64,000 nucleotides of DNA from Setoptus koraiensis (Eukaryota; Animalia; Arthropoda). The translations under genes and the position numbers were made by a program. The notes under the pieces are model-generated. The model had not been told where the DNA came from and ran no database searches. It saw nothing but the letters and a program-made list of their open reading frames with translations. This document shows, piece by piece, positions 51,057 through 62,893 of the stretch; position 1 is the first letter of the stretch; every line of letters starts with the position of its first letter. Location of the stretch: contig CM106586.1 of assembly GCA_048013815.1 (NCBI GenBank), positions 15,872,001 through 15,936,000 of the forward strand. Direction: 5' to 3'.

Positions 51057-52633
51057 GACAACACTGACAACACTGACAACGACAAGTGAAAAACATGTCA
51101 CATTACCACAATATTGAATGTGGCGACATTGGATACAAACAAACAAACAAGCAAGTGAACAAGCGACCGTCGTGTAGTTGACTAAATTTGCGAGCCACGG
51201 TTGCCATGGTCACCGCGGCGCCGCCAGCGACATCTGTGGTGGCCGGCTGGAAGCACGGTCGGGCAGGGCTCGGGTGGACAGCGGCAGCATAACGTTGACG
51301 CTGTCGGGTCGCTGGCAAGCTCGCCGGACAGCCGCGCGACAAACGGCGCGCCGGCTCGAACCGCAACGACGACAACGACAGCGACAACGACAACGACGAC
51401 ATGTGTAAAAACCTGACAGTCGGCTGGCCAGACAAAGGTTGGCCAGCCGAGCTTGGCTGTCAGTGAGTGTGCTGTTAATTTGTTAGTCGTCGTCGTTGTT
51501 TGTCGTTGTCGTTGTTTGTTTTACACCACGGCCACTTGTGTTGTAAATGACCGAGACGAACAAGAGCAACAACGACAACAACAACGACAACAACAAGTGG
51601 TTGCTATCAGTGTGTGATGGCAACAACAACTTGCTCCAGTTGCACTAATAAATAAATAAATGAGTTGCGCTTGTTTGCGCATTGGGCACTTACACACTTT
51701 TATGCGCACTTTTATGCGCACTTTTATACAGTGTTGCGTCACAAGACTCTTGTGACAAGAGCCAGAGTGTTTTGCCGGCCAACGTTAACACAAGTTCATA
51801 ATTGGTTGCGCCGTCTCGCCGTCTCATCTGTCGCCAGTGTCAATGAGACCACCGGCGCTGGCTTGTTTGTTTTTGTTGGCCATTGAGAGATATTTTGTTC
51901 AACGAATCAATTCGATTGCGTCATTCTGTGTCGCTGTCGCTGTCTCTGTCGAGTGTTGGTCGAGACTCGATTGCCAAACAGGTAAATTGGTCATTGTCGG
52001 CTGTGTTGTCAATTGTAGGACGCACAGGTGAGGGCACCTGTGCAAAGCAGCGTGAGCGGTTTGTGAACAAGCGTCTCGAAGTGTCTCAATGGGCGCTGTC
52101 CAAGGTCGAGCTCTCTCGCTAATCATCATCGATTGCGACACGACAGCTCGCAACTTGTCCGTTTGTCGCCCATTACACAACTGACAATCGCAACGGACAA
52201 TTACAGATGACAGTTGACAGTTGAGCAAGCGCTCATTAGTGCACAACAAACGACGACAACCTGTCGCTGTTGTCGTTTGTTGTTGTCGTTTGTTGTTGTC
52301 GCCTGTTGCTGTCGTAGTTGTTTGTCACTGTTGGTCGTTGCTTGTAGTTGCTTGTAGTTGTTTGTCGTTGTTGCTGTCGTTGTTGCTGTCGTGGCTGGTT
52401 GTCGCTGTTTGCTGTTGCTGTCGCCAGGCGAGCAATTGAGCGCGACGCTTGCCAGCCCACCGGCCGCTCATCATGAGCCAATGGGCCAGCCGATAGCTCG
52501 CTAATGTGCGTTGCACTCTCGACACCGTAGGCGCAAACTGTTGCGGCGACACAACTCATTACATTGCAAATTATCAATTGACTCGAGCACAATTACGGCA
52601 CAATGACGCAATCACTGTGCCAAACAAACACCG

Positions 52634-52743
52634 ATATCCGTTGAATATCCATTGAATATCCATTGAATATCCATTGAATATCCATTGAATATCCATTGAA
52701 TAGTCGCCGAATATCCGTCGAATGTCCGTTGAATATCCACTGA
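52634..52743. repeat. Tandem repeat, 11-bp unit ATATCCATTGA (5 perfect copies at 52645-52699 plus degenerate flanking copies)
   Basis: Read directly from the sequence. Confidence 0.9.
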
Positions 52744-53437
52744 ACATATCGCCTATATCGCTACTGCAACCAGTCGAGCAAGAGGCGGCTACCTGGCGTC
52801 GAGTTGGTGCATTACTGGAGCTCGGCCAAAAGCCGCACTGGAGAGCAGAGTGAGTGGCTCGGAGCGGCCACTACCGCCCGTTATGTGAATCAATTAGTGT
52901 CTATTGTGCACCCTCATCCGGCGCTGTCCAGCTCGGGCGCGCCTATAACATAATTTGCATGACACAATATGCATTATATAATTTGTATGATGCAATGTGT
53001 GTATTATTACATAATACGTATAGTATACAATGTTATGCAATACAGTGTGACTTGATAATATCAAGTTGATATGCATTATAGTGCCGCGTCCGGCTAATTG
53101 TTTTGCTGGGGTGTGTGTGTCAGCTGAAAACATCAACTGACAATTGCGGCTCGCTAGCACACAAATTAACTAAAACAAACAATCATGTGAACAGTGTTTT
53201 AAATTGGCCAAACTAGCGACAAAATGCGACTTTGTTGGCATGTTGTGCTGTTGACATGTCGTGTTGTTTGTGCGCCACTAAATGTCATTTGGCAGTTGTT
53301 GTGCCCAACAACCACCGGCTCAACTGCAACGGTGCAACTCGCCACGCCATTATCTAACTTATCTGACTGACCAATCTAAAACAAAGCCAACACACACGAG
53401 TTTTATACCCGGTGAGTGGCGTAAAGTTGACCATAAA

Positions 53438-53469
53438 TTGGGCACTGTCCAACAGTTGACAGTGCCCAA
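53438..53469. repeat. Inverted repeat TTGGGCACTGTC-N8-GACAGTGCCCAA (12-bp arms)
   Basis: The arms are exact reverse complements; the loop CAACAGTT can extend the pairing with one bulge. Confidence 0.9.
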
Positions 53470-53833
53470 AATAACTTTTATACCTCGGCTGATAATTATC
53501 GGACTGGACACTCGCTTTTATGCCCATCATTTCACTTATATCATCTGCACGATCAAGTATATCAAGTATTTCGAGTGCCAGGTATGGCCAGCATCGAGTT
53601 TCGTTTCATCTGTGGCACCAATGATTAAGAGATTGTAATTTTTTGTCAGCCGCTCGCAGCCAACAAACCGGCCAGCTCCGTTCTCACAATGGCCAGCAAA
53701 CGAGCAAATGAGTGCCCTGTGAGCAGTCATTTGTTACGCGACACCAATTAATCAATTTGCCGTGTGTCCCCGATTCGGCAGCGTTCGATTCGTGCAAAAT
53801 CGGCTCACTCGTTGCTCATTCGTTATTGCGACC

Positions 53834-53972
53834 AATTTCGAAATTCGCAATTTCGAAAATTCGAAAATTCGCAATTTCGAAAATTCGAAAATTCGCAATT
53901 TCGAAAATTCGAAAATTCGAAAATTAAAGAATTAAAAAATTCGAAATTTCGAGAATTCGGAGATTCGAAATT
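53834..53972. repeat. AT-rich TTCGAA-based repeat, 24-bp unit AATTCGCAATTTCGAAAATTCGAA x3 plus degenerate copies
   Basis: Read directly; seen as KFAISKIR x3 in the ORF track. Confidence 0.9.
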
Positions 53973-55745
53973 TTGCAATTATTTTCATTTTCACTCTAAT
54001 TTCAATTGTAATCATTCGATTCGAGTGCCGCCGAATCGTCTCGCGCCGCCGAATCGTGTCGCGCCGCCGAATTGTCTCGCGGTGTCCAGCAAACGGAGCT
54101 GGCTTCGAATTCGGGCATACGCACGCATAAACAAAGTCGCGCTCGCGGGAATAAAGTCAAATTGCCAAATACTCAACTGGCGAGACTGTCCTATTTGATC
54201 CACTGTTGTGAGGCCGATCTGGCAGGCAAAGTACGTGGCGAAAAGGAATTGTGTTGTCGTTGACTGAGCCACTGACTGGCTCAGTCAGACGATCTGTCAG
54301 TGGCTCAGTGAGAGCACCGGCGAAAGCACCAGCGAGAGGATACGCTGGTATAGATGGAGAAAGAGATAAGTTGCACAGGTAAGTTCGCGACGGCCTCTGG
54401 GAGGGCACGCACGAGTGATTTTAGTGTGTCTTGTTCATGTACGAATATACGAGTATGCGAATATACGGATATACGGATATACGAATATGCGAATATGCGA
54501 ATACGCGAATGTGTTTGTTTGTTTCGCGTTCGGCTCGCACAGTGTCGCATGACGGACACGCCGGACTCGCAAACGACGGACGGATAAAACTTTTGGAGAT
54601 AGGCGCACTTTTGGCGGGCCCACGGCGCTGTCAGCATGCATAAAACATGATGCTCGCAACGTGCATAGTGTGCATCGTGAGCATCATTTGCACAGTGTTT
54701 ATAGGCACATGACATTACGACATGACGACATTACGACATTACGACATTACGACATTGCACACGAAACGCACAGTGCACATAAGATGCATATATGCTGCAC
54801 ACAGGTATATTAAGCTGCGAATGATTATCATTATTATTATTGTTTTGATGGCTATCTCTGTCCGGCGCTGTCAGGCGCTGTCCGGCGCAGTCCGGCGCTG
54901 TCCGTTTACGTCCATCTCTGTGCGTGTCCGGCGGGCGTGCGCCCGCGCCAGCCAGATCACCTGAGCTCACCTTACAATGTTAGCCCACAGTGAGCTCGCG
55001 AAGAATGAGCTCACCTGGGCACATAATGGGCACACAATGAGCAGTGAGCTCGCCTTGCTTGCGCTGCTCGGGCGCACAGGTAATTTGCTGAGCGAGGCGG
55101 CCCGTCGCTGACCGCTCTCGGCTGGATCTGACAATTGCATTCGGTGACTGCGGGCAGCGTGTGCCGGCTGTGCAGTTGGCGCACATTAATATTATTAATA
55201 TTATTAATATTGCAGTTGGCGGGCGTGAGCAGCTGTCCGTGGCCAGATATAGGTCTTGTCGTGTTTATCGCCCATTGTGTTTGTGTCGCTGGTCAGCGGT
55301 CAGTGCTGGCAGCAGCCATTTCAGCCATTTGACAGTGGTTCCGTTTTGCGCTTTGTTTTGTCGAGAGTTTGTTTTGTCGAGAGCCGACCGGCAAACTGTT
55401 GTTTCGACAACTACGGCACCAACAACAACCACGCCAACAACAACAGCAACAGCACCAACAACAACGACGGCAGCGTCCAGCGGCGCTGCAACGACACCTC
55501 TGGCCTCTTATCGCCTGGCTGTGCGCCGTGACGCGCAGTCCGTTGATTGCCGGCCGAGCTTGTCGCTGTTGCGTAATTGTGTGTCGTGATTTCGGATTAG
55601 ATTGAGTCGCCTTAATTCGCACCTAGACGCTCCACTGGCTGCGCACTCGGCCGCCCCCTCGCCGTGATATGCCATTGACGGACATTTGATATGCTGCATG
55701 TAACACATATCTGCATATCTGGGCAGTGCGCTCGCCCCAAGCGAG

Positions 55746-55860
55746 CAAACAAACAAACAGACAGACAGACAAACAAACAAACAAACAAACAAACAAACAA
55801 ACAAACAAACAAACAAACAAACAAACAAACAAACAAGCAAGCAAGCAAGCGAACAAACAA
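55746..55860. repeat. (AAAC)n tetranucleotide microsatellite with AGAC/AAGC variants
   Basis: Read directly from the sequence. Confidence 0.95.
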
Positions 55861-56539
55861 CAACGACAGCAACAACGACAACGACGACAACAACAAACGC
55901 ACGGACGGTCGCGAATGGACGGCATGAATGAACGGCGGCCACGACACGGCCGGCCAATTGGAACGGGCGCTGTGAGACGGGCATACGCAGCGGCCGCACT
56001 CGAGACGGAATATCCCCCCTCGCCGGCCCGTCGAGTTTGCGCGACCGACTTGCGCGACCGGCTTGCGCGACCGGCTTGTGCGACCGGCGAGCTTGCGCGG
56101 TCGTCGGGCTTGCGCGGTCACCGAGCGGGCGCGACCCTCGGCCTGCGCGACCGTCGAGCTTCGAGCTCGCAACTTGTGCGCGACTGTCGGCGGCCGAGCA
56201 GGCCGCCGGACAGTCGCACCGACGTCGGCCGCCGACGATCGGCGTGCCCGACGGTCACGACCGGCGCCGCTCATTGGCGCTGCGCCCCCCCCCCCCAACA
56301 GTAACAAGTTATGTAAAAGTGAGCGTTTGCACTTGTTGCGAGCATCACATGCGAGCCAACAATTTCGCGTTACGTTGATATATCATTGTGCTCTCATAAT
56401 GCGAGACTCTTATTATGCGACTCGTATTATGCGAGAGACCCCTGCGAGTTGGCGCACCGCGTATCACGTTGCGCGCCGCTGTGCGGCGCCTTGAGACCGC
56501 CGGCGCCAGCGTCACCCAGCTGTCAGTTGGCGCGGCCAG

Positions 56540-56565
56540 CGGTCGGCCGGCCGGCCGGCCGACCG
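56540..56565. repeat. Perfect 26-bp GC-rich palindrome CGGTCGGCCGGCCGGCCGGCCGACCG
   Basis: Identical to its own reverse complement. Confidence 0.9.
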
Positions 56566-58302
56566 GACACACGGCACAGGCTTGCGCTGCGCGCAAGTAT
56601 CACTGCTGCCGGCTGTGCCGATCGGCACGGCACTTGCCGGCGTCGAGGCGCTGGCGAGCAACTGACCACTGTCATATGTATGCTGCGCGGTGATATATGA
56701 GGCGATGTATGTGGCGATGCGCGGCGATATGTGGCGATATTTGGCGATATTTGGCGATATTTGGCGATACATGCGGTTAGTATATGTTGGCGGTGGACAG
56801 CGGACGGAGTGCGCGGCGCTCGCGAGGGCAACAAGCGCAATTTATGAGCCATTTAGCGGCCGTTTGGCGGCTCGAAACGAAATTGTTTCAAGCGGGCCAA
56901 CGAGCAGTGCGAGTGTGCGATATGATCGCGATCTGTGCGGTTCGCGTCTCGCGGCCGGGCGTGTCATTGGCGCGGTGTCATTGGTTGGCGCGGCGCGGCG
57001 CGCCAACTTGTCCGGCGCAGTGGCATGCAAATCGTTTGCGGCCAATGCGAAATGATAGCGCCGCCTTATCCGGTGCCTTATGGCCCTCGGACGTTTGTTT
57101 GTTTGGCCGTTGGTGTCTCTGTTTCTCGGTTTGTTTGTCTCTCGGTTTGTTTGTTTCTCGGTTTGTTTGTTTGTGTGAGCGTTAGTTTGTTTGTTTGTGG
57201 CTGGCCAAGTTTATGGCCGCCAGACGCGCTCGTCGTAACGAGCGCCAATATTTTGCACAATGATATATGAATAACACACGGCAGCTCATTTGCATATGTG
57301 CGCGTTGTCATCGTGGGCGCCTGGCTCGTTATCGGCGCATCGTTATCGTTGCAGCGTCTGGCGGCTGCCGGCCACTTGCGACAAGTGCGCAATCAGCTCA
57401 CTCAATCTTCGGTGCGCGGCTCGTTTGCGACATCGGCCGTCGATTGGCGGCTCTCGACTCCTCTGCTCGACTCCTCTGCTCGACTCCTCTGCTCGCGTCC
57501 GTCGTAGGCCCGCAATCCGCGACTCACAACTGGCGGCCGGGATACCCGGCGACCCGGCGCTGAGCGTTCGCAACCGGCAGTCGAGAATCGAGCGTTCGCA
57601 ATCGCCGCCAGTCGACAACCGAGCAACTGCCAGTGACAATCGAGGGCTGATTATCGAGAACGGGCAACGGTCAGCTGGCGACAACTGGCAGCGTCGTAAT
57701 TAACGAGCGCCATCGGCCAACTGACGGCCTGGCGCCGCCACTCATCAACCAGTGAACAGCCAACGGTTGTTGGCTGGTTGTTGGTGGCTGGTTGTTGCAG
57801 CTTGCGCCGTGTTATTGTGAACTCATTAACTTGTTGTCGACAGCAAAATGGTGACAATAATTTGCATATACTTACATATATTTGGCACACATTCACTGCC
57901 AGCAAACCAGAAGCGCCAGCGCCAGACAGGATGCTCGCCCTGCTCTTAAATATACGTGCTGTGCGCGTATATTCAAATGATACAGTCAAATTGTATCGGT
58001 CAAGTCACTTGACTCCAATAATTGGATATAAGATTGAACCACATGAGTGGCCAGTGGCCGCTGGTCGCCAACATGACATTGGCAATGTCCAGTGGCGCAC
58101 TTGTCGCGACACATTCACACACTCGCAATTCTCTGATTGAGAGACAATTGCAGACACTCTGACATTTGAGAGACAATTCCAGTGACTCGCTGAGAGATAT
58201 TTGCTCGCTGGTCAGCGCGCTGTCAGTTGTCACTGTTGTCGCGCTCACCTGGTCAGCTGGCCAGGCGAGCCTAGCCTAGCCTAGCCGAGCTGAGGCGCAT
58301 AA

Positions 58303-58441
58303 CAGCTGAGCTGAGCGTCAGCACAGGTGAGCCCACCATAACAGCTGAGCGTCACAGGTGAGCCCACCAAAACAGCTGAGCGTCGGCACAGGTGAGTCCA
58401 GCGGCACAGGTGAGCGGAGCGGCACAGGTAAGCAAGTGAGT
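58303..58441. repeat. Degenerate tandem repeat (about 31-34 bp, then shorter units) rich in CAGCTG and CAGGT(G/A)AG
   Basis: CAGCTG at 58303, 58342 and 58373; CAGGTGAG at 58324, 58355, 58389 and 58407; CAGGTAAG at 58425. Confidence 0.85.
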
Positions 58442-59133
58442 AACGGGGACGCCCTGCAGCGGGGGCAGCCGGCAACAGTGTCGGCTAAGTGGATTGAGGT
58501 TAGAGTGGCCATCGATTTGTTGGCGTTTGTTTGCGTCGTTGGTGGTCAAATTTTAGTCAGATTTAATTGTGAGATTTAATTGAGTTTGAGCGTCGTTGCG
58601 CCGGCCACCACGACGGCGGCGATCTGGCGCAGCGGCAGCGCCACCGACCTGTGCCCAGCAGCGACAAACGCAGTGCAACCTTATAAAGTGCTTGTTTGTC
58701 AGTTTTTCACTTTTTTACTCGAGCTTATCGAGCTTTTCGAGCTTCTCGAGCTTCTCGAGCTTCTCGAGCCTCTCAAGCTGCCAGCGGCCGGCCGGCGAGC
58801 TTGAGAGCAGCGCTTATTGCGCAATCATCGATTTGACACTTGAAGGCCAGGCGGCACAATCAATTTGTTGTTTGTCGAGTGGCCGGGATTGAGCACTGTT
58901 GAGCCGCACAAATGGACACAATTTGCCAGCGAGCCAAGCAATGACAATCTGCAACCAAATCAGTGCAACCAAATCAGTGCAACCAATCCGACAAGCTGCG
59001 AGAAATGACAATCCGCGCAGAAATGAATGCATGTTGTCATCTTTATTTATATCCATTCGTTATCCATCCAGTTACCTGTCGAGCTAATGCGGTTAGCCAA
59101 TTCAGTCGGCAATGGCTGGCTGCATTAGACAGC

Positions 59134-59163
59134 GAGAGAGAGAGAGAGAGAGAGCGAGAGAGA
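59134..59163. repeat. (GA)n tract
   Basis: Read directly from the sequence. Confidence 0.9.
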
Positions 59164-62100
59164 TAAACAAGTATGCGCGACAGATAACGACCAGTATCGC
59201 CGCTTGTTTGTGGTTGTTGTCTGAGATAATTGTCGCAATGTTTACATGGCTGCCGCTGCTGCTTGCGATCGGGCTCGATGGCCGCTCCAATTAGCCGCAC
59301 CGTGCTTATAATAGTTGTATCAAATGGTTATATCACATGCTTATAATACATGATAGTTATATAATAGTTGCATAATACATGATAGTTGTATAATAGTTGG
59401 ATAATACATGATAGTTGTGTATAATGCATATTGCGCAATCGTCATGTTATGCACTGGCAAACAAACGCACAAACGCACGACCATTCTGGCCTGTTTATCG
59501 AGTCGCCACTTTATCGAGGGGCCACTCAGGCAACTTTATCGCGCACTCAGTCGCTTTATCGGTGAGCCAGCGCCACTCGATCGAGCCGAGCCGAAACGAT
59601 CAACTTAATCACTTAATTAACGATTATCTAATTATTTGATCACTCGCTCGCTTCATCTGGTCGCGTTTGGCTCACCTTTCGGGCTGTTGCACTTGGCCAC
59701 TTGTTGCCATTCTGGCTTGTTGCCATTGGGCCGTCTCGCCAGTCGCCAGTCGCCACTCGCCACTCGACGGCGCCAACAACAGTCTTGGCAAGACGCTCTG
59801 CGGCCAGGGCGTTGCCATGGATACGGGCGAGAGCGGCGAGAGTCGAGCAAGTGACACAAAAACACTGTTTGTATGTCACTCGCATACAAATGTACGTACG
59901 AGTATAGGGCAGCAAATTGGAGTCAGCTCGAGACTCCACTTCGTCGACTTATCGTTTGTCGCATCTACCTTGCGACTGCTGCAACTGCCAACAACCAACA
60001 ACAACCAACAACAACCACAGCAGCAACAACGACAACAACAACCAACAACAACGGCAACAGCAACAACCAACAACAACGGCAACAGCAACAACAACATTTA
60101 TAACATAACATGTTTGACATGCAAACATTTCTAGAGTTCTAGCGCTGGCCGTCGGCCGTCTGGCCAATGGTGTGTCAGGCGCAGATTGGAATCACCGACA
60201 AGTGTTATTTTATAAATAGTTGTAAATTAAGCATTAGACGAGCGCGGCTTCTGATTTAATGGTCGCCCATTAGGACCGGGCCGGCCCGGCCCGGCACGGC
60301 CCGGCACTAGCCGGCCGGCCAGTCGATAATGTAGCGGCGTATAGTAATAATATGACGATAATATGATATACGCCGCCAGTAATAACGACGCCAGACATGA
60401 TCGACATGCCGAGCGCGGCGACAAGCCCGACGATGGCCACGGTATCAATCACTTTTTTATTATTATACTTTTATATTATTTATGATCTCTTTAAAATCGA
60501 TTATCAGCGCCACTCATTATATTGCTCGCTCATCATACACTGCGGCCCGGCATACTGTCGATATACTGCAACATGTAGCCGATTGTTGGTGCCCGGCATT
60601 GAATTCCGAGCGTCCGAGCCGCGAGCGTCCGCTTCCAACTTTGCAAGCTTCCAAGTTGCAAAGTATGCATATAGGCTGCGGGCGGCCATAAAACAAACAG
60701 CCGGCCACTCGGCCCGCTCGCCGGCCGGATGCCGGCCGGCCGGCGCACAAACGACGGCGGCCCGTTGGGGCGCCAAATTGCGCCGCTCGGTCAGAGCGGT
60801 GCCAGTCGCACTCGAGTGCGACCGGCTGCCGGCGCGATTAATTAATTAATTGTAGACGAGTCTATAAAGTGAGACAACACATGACTCGCCGGCATTCAAC
60901 TCGATGCCTGTCGGGGGCTCGTTTCGTCGACGCTCACCGAAGCCGAAGCTATTCACCGAGAGTATTCACGGCGAGTATTCACAAAAAGTATGCACGCTCG
61001 GACCATGAGTGCTGCGGCAGACAGATTATTTTATAGCGAACAGTAAGCTCTCGGTTACTTGCGGCAGTTGCTCGCTATTCGAGCCGAGCACAATCTGAGC
61101 TGATTAACATAATTGATTAATTAAGACGCTAATTAGTGCGCCTAATCAACGCGCGCAATGGGCCATTTCGGCGGTGTCGAGGGCGCGCACTATTTGCCAT
61201 CTATCGTGAGCTTGTTATTGTGGGCTCGTTATGAGGTGAGCTTGTGCAATTCACGTGTGAATCTCGCTGCACTTATGCACAATTTACAATTGATTAATAG
61301 CAAATAAGTCGCTAGTTGTTAATTATCAATTGTGAGTGCATTTCGCGTATATTCTCTCTAATTTCGCTATTATTTCGCTGTTATTTCGCTGTTATTTCGC
61401 CGTTATTTCGCTGTTATTTAGCCATTATTTTTCAGAATTTCGATACGTGCGCATGTCGCCATTTTTCAGCGCGCCCCTCGCGATCGTCGCCGACACCGAC
61501 TGAGTGCGGAGAAAATTAGAACTAGCTCATCTTTTCTCGCAGTTGGGGTGTCTGCGGGGGCGTGAGGCCGGTATGGCACACGCAATGCGCGAGATTCGCG
61601 CACCGGGCCCACGAAATACTGGTGCCAATTTTGGGGCATTTTGCCCAACCATACCCCAAAAGTAATAACGTAAAGAAATATCCCCGTGTCGAGACAAGTG
61701 CGCCAACACGTAAACGGCACGCAGGAAAATACCCTGTACAGTGATGTTAATGATGAAAATGAAAATGGAATGATGCGACGACCGACCGTTTACGACAACC
61801 ATTTAATGTGTGTGTAATCGGCGTGTCGTGCTCAAAACAAACATTAAAGCTGTGATGTCGCGAACTAACGAACGAGGGCCAGCTCACCTGTGCCAATGTG
61901 GCCTATAGCTGCCATTTCACGCAGCCATTTCACGCAGCCATTGGTGGCTCACAAATTGCGAGTCGCAATGTTTGACAGCGAGCGGTTTCTCTCTCGTTTT
62001 CGCTATCTCGGGCGTGCGATCTCACGTTACCTGTCTGCGGCTGTTGCTGTTGGGCTGTGTCGCAAAGTTGGCCAGTGTTTGCGACAGTTTGCCGTCAGTT

Positions 62101-62336
62101 TGCCGTCAGTTTGCCGTCAGTTTGCCGTCGGTTTGCCGTCAGTTTGCGGGCTCTCACAGCCTGCGAGTCGCAGGTCGTCGGCTGGAGGCTGCACGGCGCG
62201 AAGAAGCTTCGACGCGATTCGACGCGATTCGACGCGATTCGACGCGAAGGAAATTCGAAGCGAGGAAGCTTCGAGAGAACGCGCTACAAGTGTCTGCTTA
62301 CAGGTGCGCGCATGCAGTGGACGCAGTCGGCTCGTC

Positions 62337-62460
62337 ACTGGCCCTCGTTAGTGGCGCACAGACTGGGCATCGTTAGTGGCACAGACTGGGCATCGTTAGC
62401 GGCACAGACTGGGCATCGTTAGCGGCACAGACTGGCCCTCGTTAGTGGGGCAGACTGGCC
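62337..62460. repeat. Minisatellite, 23-bp unit ACTGG(GCA/CCC)TCGTTAG(T/C)GGCACAG-like x5
   Basis: Read directly from the sequence. Confidence 0.9.
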
Positions 62461-62893
62461 GGGCGACTGGCACAGAGCGAGGAGACGAGAGCAACAAGTT
62501 GTCGTTTATAGGACACACCTGTTGCGAGGACGCTGCAACGAACCAAATATAAACAACAAGCATACGAAACACAAACAACAAGCGAGCGAAATATAAACAA
62601 CAACGAGAAGCCATTGCGCAACAGACAAACAGATAATAAGTTGGCCAGGTGACACTTGTCGTTGTATGTGTGCGCGACAACACGACAGTGACAACAAGTT
62701 GTTGTTAGTTAGTTTAAAGTGGTTGGCAAGCCGCATTGACAAGACGCTGGTTGTTGTTGTTGTAACAGAGTTGTTGTTGTTTAATGTATTAAATGTTGTT
62801 GTATATCAAGCGACAAGAAGCTGACCAGCTGACGAGTGTGTCGACGGTGGCACTGGGCCGACTGGCATGTTACCTGTGTGTTGGTATAGTTTT

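Noticed and set aside
53834-53972. Canonical heat-shock element call
   Set aside because: Only two-unit nGAAnnTTCn pairs are present; no three correctly spaced alternating units, so it is not listed as a regulatory feature.
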